This document shows positions 40,299 through 53,300 of a stretch of DNA of 64,000 nt, one piece after another (position 1 is the first letter of the stretch; every line of letters begins with the position of its first letter). The DNA lies in NCBI RefSeq assembly GCF_964204645.1, contig NC_134025.1:8618001-8682000 (forward strand), written 5' to 3'. Source of the DNA: Tubulanus polymorphus. Taxonomy: Eukaryota; Animalia; Nemertea. The notes under the pieces are model-generated. The model was given only the letters and a program-made list of their open reading frames with translations, made no database searches and was not told where the DNA came from. The position numbers and the translations under genes are program-made.

Positions 40299-43287
40299 TT
40301 AAATTCAATTTTAAAGATCATTGACTCACCTTTGTTTGGTACATCTTGCAGAAAAACCATACAATGACCAGAATTATTACCCAAAATAACCAATCATACA
40401 TTAAACGTGATTCGTTTCATCGATCATTTCAGACATTTCACTAAATCCAATCATTGAGAACAGTCTCTACTTGAGGCAACCGTATCAATGTTAAACATGT
40501 AATTAATTTTCTTTCAACAGTTTCAACATATGAAATATTAATCCATTAATGACGAAACCAAGCTACACAATACTACTACAGGATAGCAACAAGTAGTAAA
40601 CCGTAAAACTGGAATTAAACAGTACTTCCAACTACGATAATCAAGTTACGTGATGTACTCTACACAGCATGAGAGTATGAAACTTTAATAAATGATGGAT
40701 GACTCTGAAGAGTAGTAACGCCTGGGTATTAATCCTCGCCAGACCTGTGAAACATATGCCTCGCAATAATAATAATTATACATATATATATAAATAATCG
40801 CCGGAGTGTGAATATTATGATCAAGTCGAGATCCGTAGAGATCCGAAGTTCCGACGAGAACTCACAGTTCTGAAAATACTCTATCGCGATATCAATCCCA
40901 TCTGCAACCGGATGAATCCCAGTCGAGGAATGATGATGCAGGATTCAATCCTGGGCTGGTTCATGATAGCAATGACATCATCGCCAGGTATTTTTTATTT
41001 ATAAAATCCGATAGTAAGTACTCGTAGATTCAACTGTGATGGTTACGAAGAAAAAGTAACAAGATTCCTTAAGGTTCAAGAAGCACAAAAACTATGAAAA
41101 AGTAAAAAACAATGTACTGACCTGATTTCTATACTTTTTTGAACAAATCTTCTTAAGATTTGTTCTTAATTTATTATGGAAAGATTTAATGGGCAATCAA
41201 TAATGGTAATGATAATAGTTTAATTTCTATTCAAACTACATTGCCAGATTATGTTATTTTTACAATTCAGAATGATAAGAGATGTTAAATGAGGGATCCA
41301 GCGTACGCCTTTGAGGGCTGTACTGATGAACAAGTTGCAAGACCCTGTCCCCCCCTGAAAAACCTGTTTTTTTTTCTTGAGAACTTCTCAGCCATATCTA
41401 TGATATTTTATCGTGATTAGAGAAATGATTGGCTAACAATCGAACAGATTGGTTAATGCTACAGGTGTACTGAGCAGGTGTTAAACTTGTCTTGAGGAAG
41501 TTTATAGACGTCTGGCTTCGTGAGTGTAAACTGTTAATAACTGATTCAGCGATATCATCGATTTCGGAGCTGATAGTTTATGATTCATATCACAATGTTT
41601 GTATCATCTGGATTGCAATCGGTTTAAAAAGATTTTGCTTTCGTAGCAATAAAACAGCTCTAATCCAGATAAATTGCTTCATGTAACAAGTCGAAATGTA
41701 ACCAGTTGAAATGTACTGTTTTTGATGAAAATCATGATGATGATTAATGACAGAAGTTTTGACTATTGAAGGTCAATAAAAACCTAACTCGAAAAACCCA
41801 AGTTATCAATTTCAATAAAAAGTAATATCAGAACAAGGAATAGAATGAGCCTCGCAAATTTACGATCAACAACCCTGCATCAGGTATAGTATAGTAAGTA
41901 GGCATACGCAAGACTAACATAAAACGTTTTTTTTCTGTCAATAGAACACACCTCGAGGTTTTCATTCAGTAGCTCAGTAAAAATAACATTTACACATAGT
42001 ATCAAGCTATCGTATTCCCAGGAAACCTCCTTCAAAAAAACACTGCAACGCCTATTGATAAATCACCTTACACTGTAGTAGTACAGTTCATTACGTATTC
42101 TGATATTTCATCACTTGATCCCTGTAATTGAAATTTGATTTATATCCTCAGTGGCGCTACGTTTGGAAGTCAAGGGTTCTTCACAAAATTATACATTACA
42201 TGCATATCTTAAAAATCTACGGTAATGAATTCAGACTCGTATTCATGTTACAAAAACGGTTAAAAGAACCTATACAATGTAAGAATAGCATAAGTATTTC
42301 CTGAAGCAGATGTTGCCTGGTGAAAGTTTTAGTTTATCAAACGTAAGGAACTAAAACAGCGATAAAGACCATGCGCATGATTCTGTTTTATGTGATGGAA
42401 CTTCAATCATTGGAATCTAATGGTGCATCGAGAATGTGAGCAATTACCCATTGTCTCACTGAAAAGGTCTAATTAATGGAACAATGATGATAAACGATGC
42501 GCAGTTACGACCCCCTTAGGAGATATATCGTGAATGTTTTTGGTCTAATGGCTGATTTCGCTCGTGCAAACCAGAAACGTCGAACACAGAAGCGAGACCT
42601 TTTGGGATTCGGGTTAATCATTATATCGGCCCTCTGAGCTTACCACAACATATGCCACACTTGAAATACTGAAGTTATTTATTACATTTTTAAACAGGAG
42701 AGTTTCAATTGATATTAGTGATTTAATTATTCATCCCGAGTCAATGAGAGACTATTTAACTTCTTTTGTTTTCTTATCTAGTTTCACAAGAAAATTAGCT
42801 ATAAATCAAAGAGATAGAAACCATTTAATGATAAGTATCAAACGTTCTTCGTTCAAATGATTCAGGAACACCAACAGAAGTGCCGAGGGATAAGTTACAA
42901 CTTTGAATTAGAGCAATTTCCAACAAATCCAGAAACAAGGATGGCAGGTCTTGAACTGACTTGAAACAGACAAGTCAAATGGTAGATGAATCATACTGAC
43001 TATGTATTAACTTTTCAAAGGTTTTTATCCATCAAACTTAAAAGTGAATAGGCCTATTAGAACATCGATATATAGAATCAAAGACTTATATCTATATGCA
43101 CAGACCTACAGCAACATCAGTGTCAGCTAACAGTGCCAACCACTTACTGATCTAAATGATTATCTATTAACAATTCTGTTCATCAGACCTCATTATTAGT
43201 AAGTAGCAGTATTTAGTGAAAAACAATGCATCAGCCACACAGTATCCATATATTTGAATTACATTACTTCTCAGATTTAAAATCCTG

Positions 43288-43409
43288 GGGCCAGTTGCTC
43301 AAAGGTTGGTTAGAGTAAACCAATGGATACATAGTGACAATTAAAAGTTCATCGTTTCTATCGTATCTATCCACTGGTTATCTTTAACCAACTTTTGAGA
43401 AACTGGCCC
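43288..43409. mobile_element. Palindromic MITE D1 (PIF/Harbinger-like, CTG TSD)
   Basis: Long TIRs GGGCCAGTTGCTCAAAGGTTGGTTA / TAACCAACTTTTGAGAAACTGGCCC, flanked by CTG at 43285-43287 and 43410-43412. Confidence 0.85.
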
Positions 43410-43412
43410 CTG

Positions 43413-43502
43413 GACCCGGTTCCACAGTTGTGAGTTAGAATTAACTCTGAGTTAAAATCAGTTCATTTTCAATAAGTTAACTCTGAGCTGTGGAACTGGG
43501 TC
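43413..43502. mobile_element. Palindromic MITE D2 (PIF/Harbinger-like, CWG flanks)
   Basis: TIRs GACCCGGTTCCACAG / CTGTGGAACTGGGTC, flanked by CTG and CAG; a related fragment lies at 56501-56580. Confidence 0.85.
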
Positions 43503-43838
43503 CAGATCTATAAAAATCTAACTAATGAATGACCAAATTGAGACTAGTAAACTGATAAAGTGGCAAGAACAATTACCAAGGTGATCACTTTTATTTGATT
43601 CGGTTTTTCCTTGACTATACCTGACATGCATGTTGTTTTTTCCTGACTCGATCCACTAAAAACATAGTCAAAATACATAAGACAATGACCGAAACTGTTT
43701 GATTACATGCGTCATCTAGCAAATCTCAACAAACTTCCCTGACTTTTCTCTGATTTTCAGCTTTCACACAAAATTCCCTTCAAAGCGGTCATCCTGATTA
43801 TGTTGATATCTAGAAAATAATTGAACAAATGAGCCTAC

Positions 43839-43952
43839 CTGTTTTTCGTGTCGCTCACGGGTGTTACGCACGAATCCGATTTGCGACATCGAAACATGCG
43901 TGAACTGTCCCGATTGCAGCTTCGGAGACAATGGAATCTCGACTTGTGCCAT
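43839..43952 (-). CDS. Candidate alternative first coding exon MAQVEIPLSPKLQSGQFTHVSMSQIGFVRNTRERHEKQ, phase 0
   Basis: ataATGG Kozak context at 43952; 38 codons with GC-richer composition ending CAG|GTAGGC (intron starts 43838); Inr-like TCAGTG at 44112-44107. Confidence 0.65.
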
Positions 43953-45989
43953 TATCTTCGGAGAAATCAACGATGCCGATTGCTAAACTTTTGATTAAAG
44001 TAGTCGTGCTAAATACACTTGTGTTTTTATCGCGTTACGCAGTTATATCCAATCATGCCGGATAATTATCACTCCCGCGCAGAGCTAGTTGTTAAAAACC
44101 CGAACTCACTGAATGTCTCGTGTAAAGGTTTTCCCTCACACAAAAAAAACTTCCATTTAATCATTCGCAATGCTTCACCATTAATAAATGACTAATTATC
44201 CACTATCTAGTATAGGTGAGTTAGTCTGATGTCAAAAGCCAAACTCTGCGCAGAACTGAAAGCTTAATGCCAGGGACAATTTCAGTTACTCTGAACGAAT
44301 ATCATCATATTTTCACTACCAGTTATGTATGTATGTTTTCAGATGAGCAATGATCGGCAATAATCTTTTCCCTATTCTTGACAATAGTTGAGCCCGAGTC
44401 GTAAATATAGTAACGTTTGTCAGCTGTCAATTGGTCATTCATATCCCACACTTATAGCTCAGTTTCATCATTACGCCACTGATGATTGCAGGATCTACAC
44501 CACACCATCAATGATAGATTACTTATCAGTTATTATGCATCTTCCAACTAATAAAGTATCGAGTCCACTCCAAAACAACTTCCGTGTCATTTTGAGCGTG
44601 ATTATGTTATAATCCACACCATCCTCATTCGCGTCTCCCAAAAAGCATTAACACTTCTCATTTTCATTTTTCAACCGCAAAAATACATCATACCACGTAT
44701 AGCAAAATCCTTATCCGATGAGTTTTATCATATCCCCTTTAGAAATATTTAGTTTTGCAATTCTGTCAATTGTTTGAGAACTATTAACGCCCGCGTACAA
44801 ACAAATAACTTTAATACATTGAACTAAATAAATCAGTAGGACTGATTTAGTTGGTAAAGTATGCTTGTAAAGTGCTTCAGAATCATCCACCCACAACTAT
44901 CGTTAACATATGGAGTAATGGTCATGTCAGCCATATAGCATAAATATGTAGGACCTATACGAAAATTCGGATTGAAAATGCATTCACAGATGGCTCAGTC
45001 ATTACAATAAATTGGAAAAGATGTAACCAGTGCTGTCGAAAGCTAGCATTGATCCCATGGGTAATGTGACATCAGCGTCATATCAGTGAAACTGTGTAAA
45101 TCGACAACAAGTAACAAGTTGGAACACTCGTAATGCAGAAGTTGATAACTTGCCATACAATTTAACATCTCAAAATAATATCCAAGCAGCTTTTACTGTC
45201 ATTCTAATAAACATCCATCTATGCATATCCATCTGTAACCTAACAACTGGTTGTTATAAAACTGGACAATTTGTCAACGATGTCGCGCTCTTCAATAATT
45301 TTGTTCCAGAGTCCTCATTCAACATGCTACTATCCAGCATCTAGCCTTGTGACATACTGATCGTGTTTTGATGACAGTCCGAAGGATATAGCGCCATAAA
45401 ACTTCATTAATCCACAATTATTGCTAAACTGGAGCCACAAATGTCTCTAACAACTTCAATTTCAATGTCTTGGGAAAAGAATCTCTTCACTGACCCAAAG
45501 CGACTTATTTCAAAAACTAGTATCTTATTATTATCAGATCCTTATCTTTTGCTGCTAATTCCATTTCATATCCAGACACAATTAGATAAATCTGTATTGC
45601 AATACCGTATCTGTAGCTTTTTCTGCTCATTAGGTCTCATTATGACCATCTTTGCTGATTGAATTCATACAGCCACTTTATGGTTGTTGAACGTATTCAC
45701 TAGGGATCCGAAGTCAAACAAACCATCATCAGATAATCATACAAAAAAACTCTTGTAGTTTTCTATTTTGCTTAACTATCGATACTATAAATGTTAGTGT
45801 TTATCCTCATCGTTTAAGCTATTCTTTGAAAAATTTTCCAGCCAGATTCCCATGAAAGTTTTCACACAAGTCATCACTGTTGTCGTGTACTGCTCTTTCT
45901 ACCAATACGCAATGAATAATGTATTAAATGCAACTGAATCATAGTCTTGATTCTTGAGGCTTGGGGTACTTCAAATTCTGTCCTCCTTC

Positions 45990-46200
45990 ACGAGAAAGCG
46001 CGTTTATAAAAATTACATTTTTTGATTGGACAGTTTATGAAGGTACACGCGGTCATGTGACGCATATGCATCACTCGGCGCATACTACTTCATATCGTGA
46101 GTACAGCAGGTTTATCGAAGAAATTACTAGGTACTCATTCCGGTCTCGGCGAACGCACGCGTTGTTTGAACGTACCCTCGAAACTATCAAAGTATGACAA
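45990..46200. promoter_or_regulatory. CpG-rich promoter-like region with CCAAT box and E-box
   Basis: TTTGATTGGAC (inverted CCAAT, 46025-46029), GTCATGTGAC (M-box/CLEAR-like E-box, 46052-46061) followed by GCATATGC; Inr-like TCATTC near 46135. Confidence 0.5.
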
Positions 46201-46252
46201 TGCGTCAAAAGTTATTATAAATCTCTAAGTACTTCATGTATCGACGCGGAGG

Positions 46253-46297
46253 ATGACGGAGCAATCGAACATACCAGCGATAGCTAACGTAAATAAC
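46253..46297 (+). CDS. Possible first coding exon of a divergent plus-strand gene, MTEQSNIPAIANVNN
   Basis: aggATG at 46253 about 120 nt after the Inr-like motif; ends AAC|GTACGT. No downstream coding exon found in the window. Confidence 0.25.
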
Positions 46298-46494
46298 GTA
46301 CGTTTAGTATGCGAGTGAATTTGAAATGAATCACTGCCACATTTTGAATAAGCTTTAAAACAACATATATACAAATTTAATCAGAGAAATGAAAGAGGAA
46401 TGGGGTTGGATATAAATAAGCGTTTTGTAATGATAAGTTTTGAATTTTCCAGTCTATATCAATTGACCTTATACAATTGACACCTTAATTGACA

Positions 46495-46727
46495 CAAGCA
46501 TTTCCCGGGCCAAATTTGGCCCGGGACACCACTTTTCACGAAGGTTGCAAAACCGACCCGTGCCTGCTTGGCCTGACCCAAAACGTTGGACCAGGTCTGA
46601 ACCAAATATTAAGAAAACATGAATTGCTACAGGTTCACAATTGACTCAAGCATTGTTTTAATAGTATCAAGTGAGTGAGAGGTTTCCTTATGAATGGCGC
46701 GCTCTAATTAGGCACGGGCCAAATTGG
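46495..46727 (+). mobile_element. MITE family A copy (truncated)
   Basis: Shares GTTGGACCAGG, AAGCATTGTTT...TATCAAGTGAGTG and CTCTAATTAGGCAC(G/A)GGCCAAAT with 54417-54668. Confidence 0.75.
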
Positions 46728-47611
46728 TACATACTCTTAGAATGAAGCGATCATACCAAATGAGTTACAAATAGTACAAACAATACAAAACAAGAATGTA
46801 AAGATGGAGGAGTCTTGAAGATTTCCCGAGTTAATGGGACTTCCTGATTTTTGGTGATTGACTTCCGTGTAGACAGAGACATTGATATTTGGATAGAAAA
46901 CAAAGGTTTTCTGATTAAAAGCGAAGCCATTAGAATTGGTTGTTTTATACGCAGAAAATAATTTCCATCTTGAGCAAATGACTGCTTCATCGGTAATGAG
47001 TGGCCATGAGTAATTTTCATCGAGAATATTTTTCAGCATTCTTATCATCACAATATTCAAGGACTCTTACCAGAAAACTGAAATAGGAATTTACTTCAAC
47101 CATCGCTACAGGAAATTTCTTAATAGTTAGCTCCTTTATGGAAATTTTGAGATCATTTCTAAGTTAGTCACGATCTGTTTAATGTGATTCCCCTAGAAGC
47201 ATTTCGGCATTACCATACATTGTATCATTTCGGATTTCGGATTTCAGATTTTTCTTAGGGATTTTCGCAAAATTCAAATTCCTCATACATTATGATAGCT
47301 ATGTTTCTTGTATCACGATCTCTATAATTGCTGAACTGTTGACATTACTTAGATGTCATTCCATTCTCAATTTTGTGTGAAGTGTCTTTCAAACAAGCCA
47401 GCATTGGTAAATGGCACAATCCAATTATTTCGCAGTTTTGTTTCGGCATCGCAATGCATCGTGAAGCAGTCTTACGAAATGCTCCTGAACTGAAATTTGA
47501 CGATGATAGCACTGCTTCCATAATGGAGAAATTAGCATTCGTAAAAATGAGCAAACTGTTGTTTAGAATCGATAACCAGTTGATATTGCCACTAGCAAAA
47601 ATGCGATAAAA

Positions 47612-47772
47612 GCTGGGATCACATGCAGACGATTTGGCGCGGGCAAAATCAGGCGTGTGTAAAATTTGGCTCTGGCCTGGTCCGTTTATTTGGTCGGGCC
47701 AAACAGGCATGGGCCCATTTGGCATCCATGTGAACAGTTGTTCTTGGCCAAAAATAATTGTGTGATCCCAGA
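47612..47772 (-). mobile_element. Short family A-related MITE, inverted
   Basis: TIRs CTGGGATCACA / TGTGATCCCAG; reverse complement contains TGCCAAATGG...TGCCTGTTTGGC as in the 58.3-kb copy. Confidence 0.7.
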
Positions 47773-50298
47773 TCCACGAATGATCGTTTCAGATTTTAGA
47801 TTCAAACGCAATTTTGATTAAGCAGTATAAACGCTGTACCTGAACAACGACGCAGATCTTATTCAGGCCAAATATGAACTGATGATTAACTGTTCAAACA
47901 ACGACGAGTTTATTACCAATTAATAACTGTATAAGCATGAAGGAATCGCTTGCTGTTAATGAGGAAACAAATGAAAATGAGACACTTGAGCTAAATGTAA
48001 AAATAATGACTCATGGCACGTGTACAAGTGTGGTTGTGTAATTTGTTGTCACTGATATGTTCTGTGAAGCAATTCCTCTCGACCTCGAAGGTTTCTGTTC
48101 TTAATCAGCTACTGCAGAAAAATTCTTATTCAAAACTTTTGAAACAGATATATGATACAAAGTTATACAAAACACCAACAGCAAGTTAAACAAAAATGAA
48201 AATGGAATTCATGCCAATGTAAGTAAAAGATTTTTTGAAGAAATGAATTTTATCTTTATTCTCTATTTATCAATATATTTCACCACAGAAATATTATGTA
48301 GTAACACATTACTATGAATGTAACTATCTTTTCTTAATAAGATACATTTTCTACATTGGACAAACACGAACATATTTTCCATACGTTCCATATAAAAATG
48401 AGTAAAAACAGTTTAATTGAATGAGCAAATGAGAAGCCATAAACTAATACTTCACTTGATGACGTGAAATACTGATGACTAATGCAAAAATTTAATATGA
48501 ATCTAATTGTGAATATCAATATAAAAATGAATTTGTGAATGAATAGTCTCCAGTCATCATATATGGCAGTATAACATGAACTTGACGTGCCTAATATAAG
48601 TACTTATAACCTCGTTATGACTCAATGGGTTATCAAATTTAATGAAAACATGATAAAAGCGATGTTCGACATTAGAACAATACATCCCTCTAGTGGATAT
48701 TTCTGGAACTGAAATCTCAGCATCGTATGCGTTTAGTTCCATTATCTATAAGTAGATGGCAACACTGCAGCAATCCACAGAACACGTTGATGTAAAATTG
48801 TAGCACATTTGTAAAATGAAAATTGGTGAACCATTATAAGAGAACTTACGAGACAAGATTATATTTTGTAAATGAACTTTTTTCTGATTTGGCCATCGTT
48901 TCACTTCTAAATACATTTGACTAAAAGTAACAGTACTTAATGAGGCTCTTGTAATAAGTTTCACAGATTTATCTGCATGTTTCAATGTAACTTAGACCAG
49001 CTGGAGAACGTAGTACCACCTATGGCCAATTATCTCAAAATTGCTCGTAGGTCCCACAAACACGATTGATAAATCAAGATGTTATCAAGAAATAAAAATG
49101 TGGCCACAAAATGAACTTGCCATCAGTAAAATAACGGGAATAAGAATGCGAAAGCGTAGTAATAACCAAGCATCTGATGCTGATAGAAAAGTAATTGAAC
49201 TGAATAATAATAAAGATGACACACATGTACGGGAGACTGCAGTGTTATACGTGAAATTTGTAATTACGATATCAAAGTGACGCGATTCCGCTGGTGTAAG
49301 AGACAGTCTTCCGCCTGTATGAAACCGTCGCCGTCGATTATAAGCAAACTCCGGGGCAGCAGCAGGTCAAACAAGTCAACCAGCCACGCCAATTCGATTT
49401 TCGGCGGAATCGTCATGAATACAAAATCATAGACGATCATTCTGCTATCCCGCGGCGGAGAGGTACTGAAACTCAGATCAGCGTATCTCAAGAGACTGAA
49501 TGACACATCCTTCGCAATTATGGAAATCTACAAAGGCTTGTATTCATTATGAGAGATTGGTTGGTGAATAAAGGTGACTTTGAGCCGATTTATCAGCATC
49601 AATCAGCATCAATTCTTCGAATCAAAATCTTCAAATAGTTTTCTCTATAAACGGGTAATTGCCGGGTAAGTGAGCTCGAGATGTAAAAGTCGAAAGGAGC
49701 AAGAGACAACTTGTAGCCATACTAAGCATAAAGTGGCTTCATATAGAAGAAATGTCTGGTGCATCCTTGGTTAATTCTTTTCATCAAAAATTTTTAATTA
49801 GTAATCCTATAATTATCTTCAATCTAATCTGTAATTCAGGAACTTGAGTTTCAATTAATTTTCTTATATATCAAACAATGGAATCGGAATATTATCACGG
49901 CGCATTCGGTAACAATACAGGAGCGGTTTCATTGACTGTTGATTGCAACTTGTAGGTTTAATTCCCTGCTCAATTTACTGCCTTTTACGTCAGATTCTCA
50001 GTGGTTTCTTGTTCGCATTTTGCTCGCTGCGCATTTCCTTTAGTCAATATAATTGCCTTCATGAAATAGTGAGCAATTTCAACTTGTTGACAGACAAGGT
50101 AAGATTTTCTGATGATAGCATTTTCGTTGCGCGGCTGCATGCCGGATCAAAAGGATTCCAGGTACATCTGAGGTCTTTTGATGCATGTCGGGGAGTGCGT
50201 GTTACGTAGAAATTCATCGAGAAAAGATACCAGAAAAACTCAGGTAGACCACTTATAAGCAATATTTGATCTTATTGGTATGATATTTGCTTGTTCAG

Positions 50299-50377
50299 AT
50301 TTCATGAAATTGTAGGGAAATTCAAAACGTGACATGAATTTAACTGTCAGAATTTGTCAAGCCTACAGATATTTCAG
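50299..50377 (+). other. Possible non-coding exon (79 nt)
   Basis: Acceptor TTGCTTGTTCAG| at 50298 and consensus donor CAG|GTAAGT at 50378; stops in all three frames. Confidence 0.3.
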
Positions 50378-53300
50378 GTAAGTGCAGATTCTAAAACGCA
50401 GAAAATCTCAGGGCTCGAATGAAATCTTGTTTTCTGTATCATGGGTGGCTGTATTTAAGGACTATCTGTACAGAGTCTCATACTCAAGGACAAGTGATGT
50501 GCTGACAATTTTCACACGACGCACGAGAAGTAAGCAATAAACTAACAATGCCACCAGCTAGTTTTCTCACACGAAGTATCCATTATAATCCCCGCACTTT
50601 GGCACAGACGGAAAATGTCAGTCATCGACGTTTGACAGGAAGAAAGGCGCAGCCACCAGCCGTTTCTTCACGCAAATGGAATAAAACGGCGTGTTGATAC
50701 CTCGGGTCTCGTGTTAATAACTCGGGTCCCGGGCTAAAAACCTATTGTATGTACTGGAAGCATTACCTCTTTTTAGAGGAAGTATCCACCTAAAGGTGTT
50801 CGTGCACTTGGTGTATCAATAAGACGTAACTTATGTTGATATGAATGAAAATAAGGTGCTTTTCACATCATCTTCTAACTATAATGATATAGCATAGAAA
50901 TTGTACAAACTCAGATGAATTTTTGATTTTGATTTTGTAATCAATTTTTTCTTAGTTCGTAAAGGTATTCAATAAGATTCTAGAGGAAATCATTGTATCC
51001 TAAAAGCGGCTCTGAAATTCAGAAACTTCAATGTGAGTCACTGCAACAACTGTCCAGCATAAGAACCCATTAAGGTTTACAGAATCTGCTTATCAGTGAA
51101 CACAGACAAATCTTCAAATCCTTTCTCCCAGTTGGAAGATTTGAATTGATTGAACCATATAATCAATGTTTGTTCACAGGCATGATAGTCAAACATTTAT
51201 ATTTATCAATTACTACCACAAGATCAGAGCAGTATCACTGATTTGAATTCTTTATTCATCGAATCATAATCCAAATTTTTTATTTATTAAATCATTGTTA
51301 CTCAGCCGAAGTTATTAAAGCACCTGGATTTCACTTCATTCTCTCATATGAATAAACCATAAAACATTGTTACAACTTATGACATCCGCGTTACGTATAT
51401 TCAAATACAACAATAGCCACATGGCAGTGAAGATTTTAATCATGCATGACTTTATACCTAACAAATTAGTAATCAATGATTGAATTCAATCAATAAACTC
51501 AAATTGTTAGTCAATAATTTTTCACTTTCTTTAAAGCATCAAATGTATTTTTGGAAATTCTTCATATTATGCCCATATATGAAATACTGCCTATATTAAT
51601 TAAGATTTTTACGGACTGCAGTAAAAACTGAATTGAAATACAGTTTCGAATAGCTAAGTCTTCAAAAAGTCTTCTGAGACTTACGGCTAAGCCAGATCAA
51701 AGACCCCCAGGGGATGTGTCCAATGCTGTGATTACTTTGTGATTTCAATAAACTAATCGAATGTAATGTCTTGACCATGAAATTAAGTCTTTGATAATAT
51801 GCGCGGCCAGTCACATCTATGTTCCATCCTGACAATGATTCACGTGCCATGAAATGCAATTTCAGGACTTAATAGAGGTGCACAGTTGCGTCGACACATT
51901 TCAAGATTTTCTACAATGAGCATATCTAATCCCTCTAGATACCGGTATATAGCGAGAAAGTGATTGGATGGAGAAATTAATGAGAAATCTGAAGTGTCCT
52001 AGGACTGACTAATATAGAAATCCTAACCAACAACTATATTTATAGTCGTTATAATTGCCAAAACTTAACATTTCATATGACATAAACTGGTTCATAAGCA
52101 AAACAATGATATCCATGATAAAATGAATACAGCTTAAATATGCTTCTTCTTCGTTGGAAAACAATTATACTGGAGATGCCCCTTATTAAAATCTTCACCA
52201 ATCTGCTGACCATGTAATCTATGAAGGAATGAGATGGCTCTGTGATATTATTGAAGATCTATTATTTTCAGAGCGATAAATTCAGCTAATCCGATGAATG
52301 TCTCCCACACACGGCCGTGGCTCAAATCAAAGAATAGTACGATTAACAATAAGCGTTGGAGAGATATATCTATTGAGTCACTGAAGCATGCAAATCCAAG
52401 TGTCCACGAAAAGCCGCAAATTAGCATCTTTGATAGGATCAGCAAACCTATTATCCATCAATCACTCAATCAGCCTCAATAAAGCAATCGCTTTCGAAAA
52501 GATCGCGAGAGATCTATCTGTCTGTCTCGGACATTCTGTTCCATTCCAATTCACGAATTAATGTGTTCAATGGTTTTTTGTCCGTTCCATCATATTGTCA
52601 GCACGAACCATCTGACATTCACAAAATCATATAACCTCAAATTGCATACTAATAAGTTATTTGTCCAAGAATAAAATCCGAGATATTGTTTGTAGTAAAA
52701 CAAAGGGTTAGACAACAGTGATGCAGGTTGATGAACTAAATAGTCATCATTCTAATCAAATCTTTTCAGGTTAGAAACTGTAACAAATCATCAGAAAAGT
52801 AGAAGTTTTAGGGCATTCATATCGTCAAAATATATGCCATGAGATACCCAGTACTTGGACCATGTTAATATTACAGGTACAAATCTATCTCTCATAATCA
52901 TGCCGATATATGATTGACAAATTAAAGAATGAATAGAAATTACGCAGCCATTTTAATTAGCGGCTTCAACTGCTGGTACGCCATGGCAAGAAATTGGCAA
53001 GAAGACTAATGTAAATCTATTAGTGCAATGAGCCAGGTAATTACTGCCTGGGTTTGTGGCAGCGAGTAAGCAGTAACGCTGATGTAATATTGACAGAATG
53101 AAATCAGTTGAAACTCACGAGCACACGAGAAGTATTGACTACTTGTTTCCTAATCAAGTATACCTCCAACTTCTAAGTGCCACAGGTACTTGATCGAAAA
53201 ATGCCCGGGGACAAAATGATATCGATGATACTTTTGTGATTTATCAGTTATACAAGTGTAAACCGAGAACCTGCATACAGCGACTGATTAAGGAGAATCA

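Noticed and set aside
45200-45700. Protein-like but stop-interrupted minus-strand reading (possible pseudogene)
   Set aside because: No family could be recognised; needs BLASTx.
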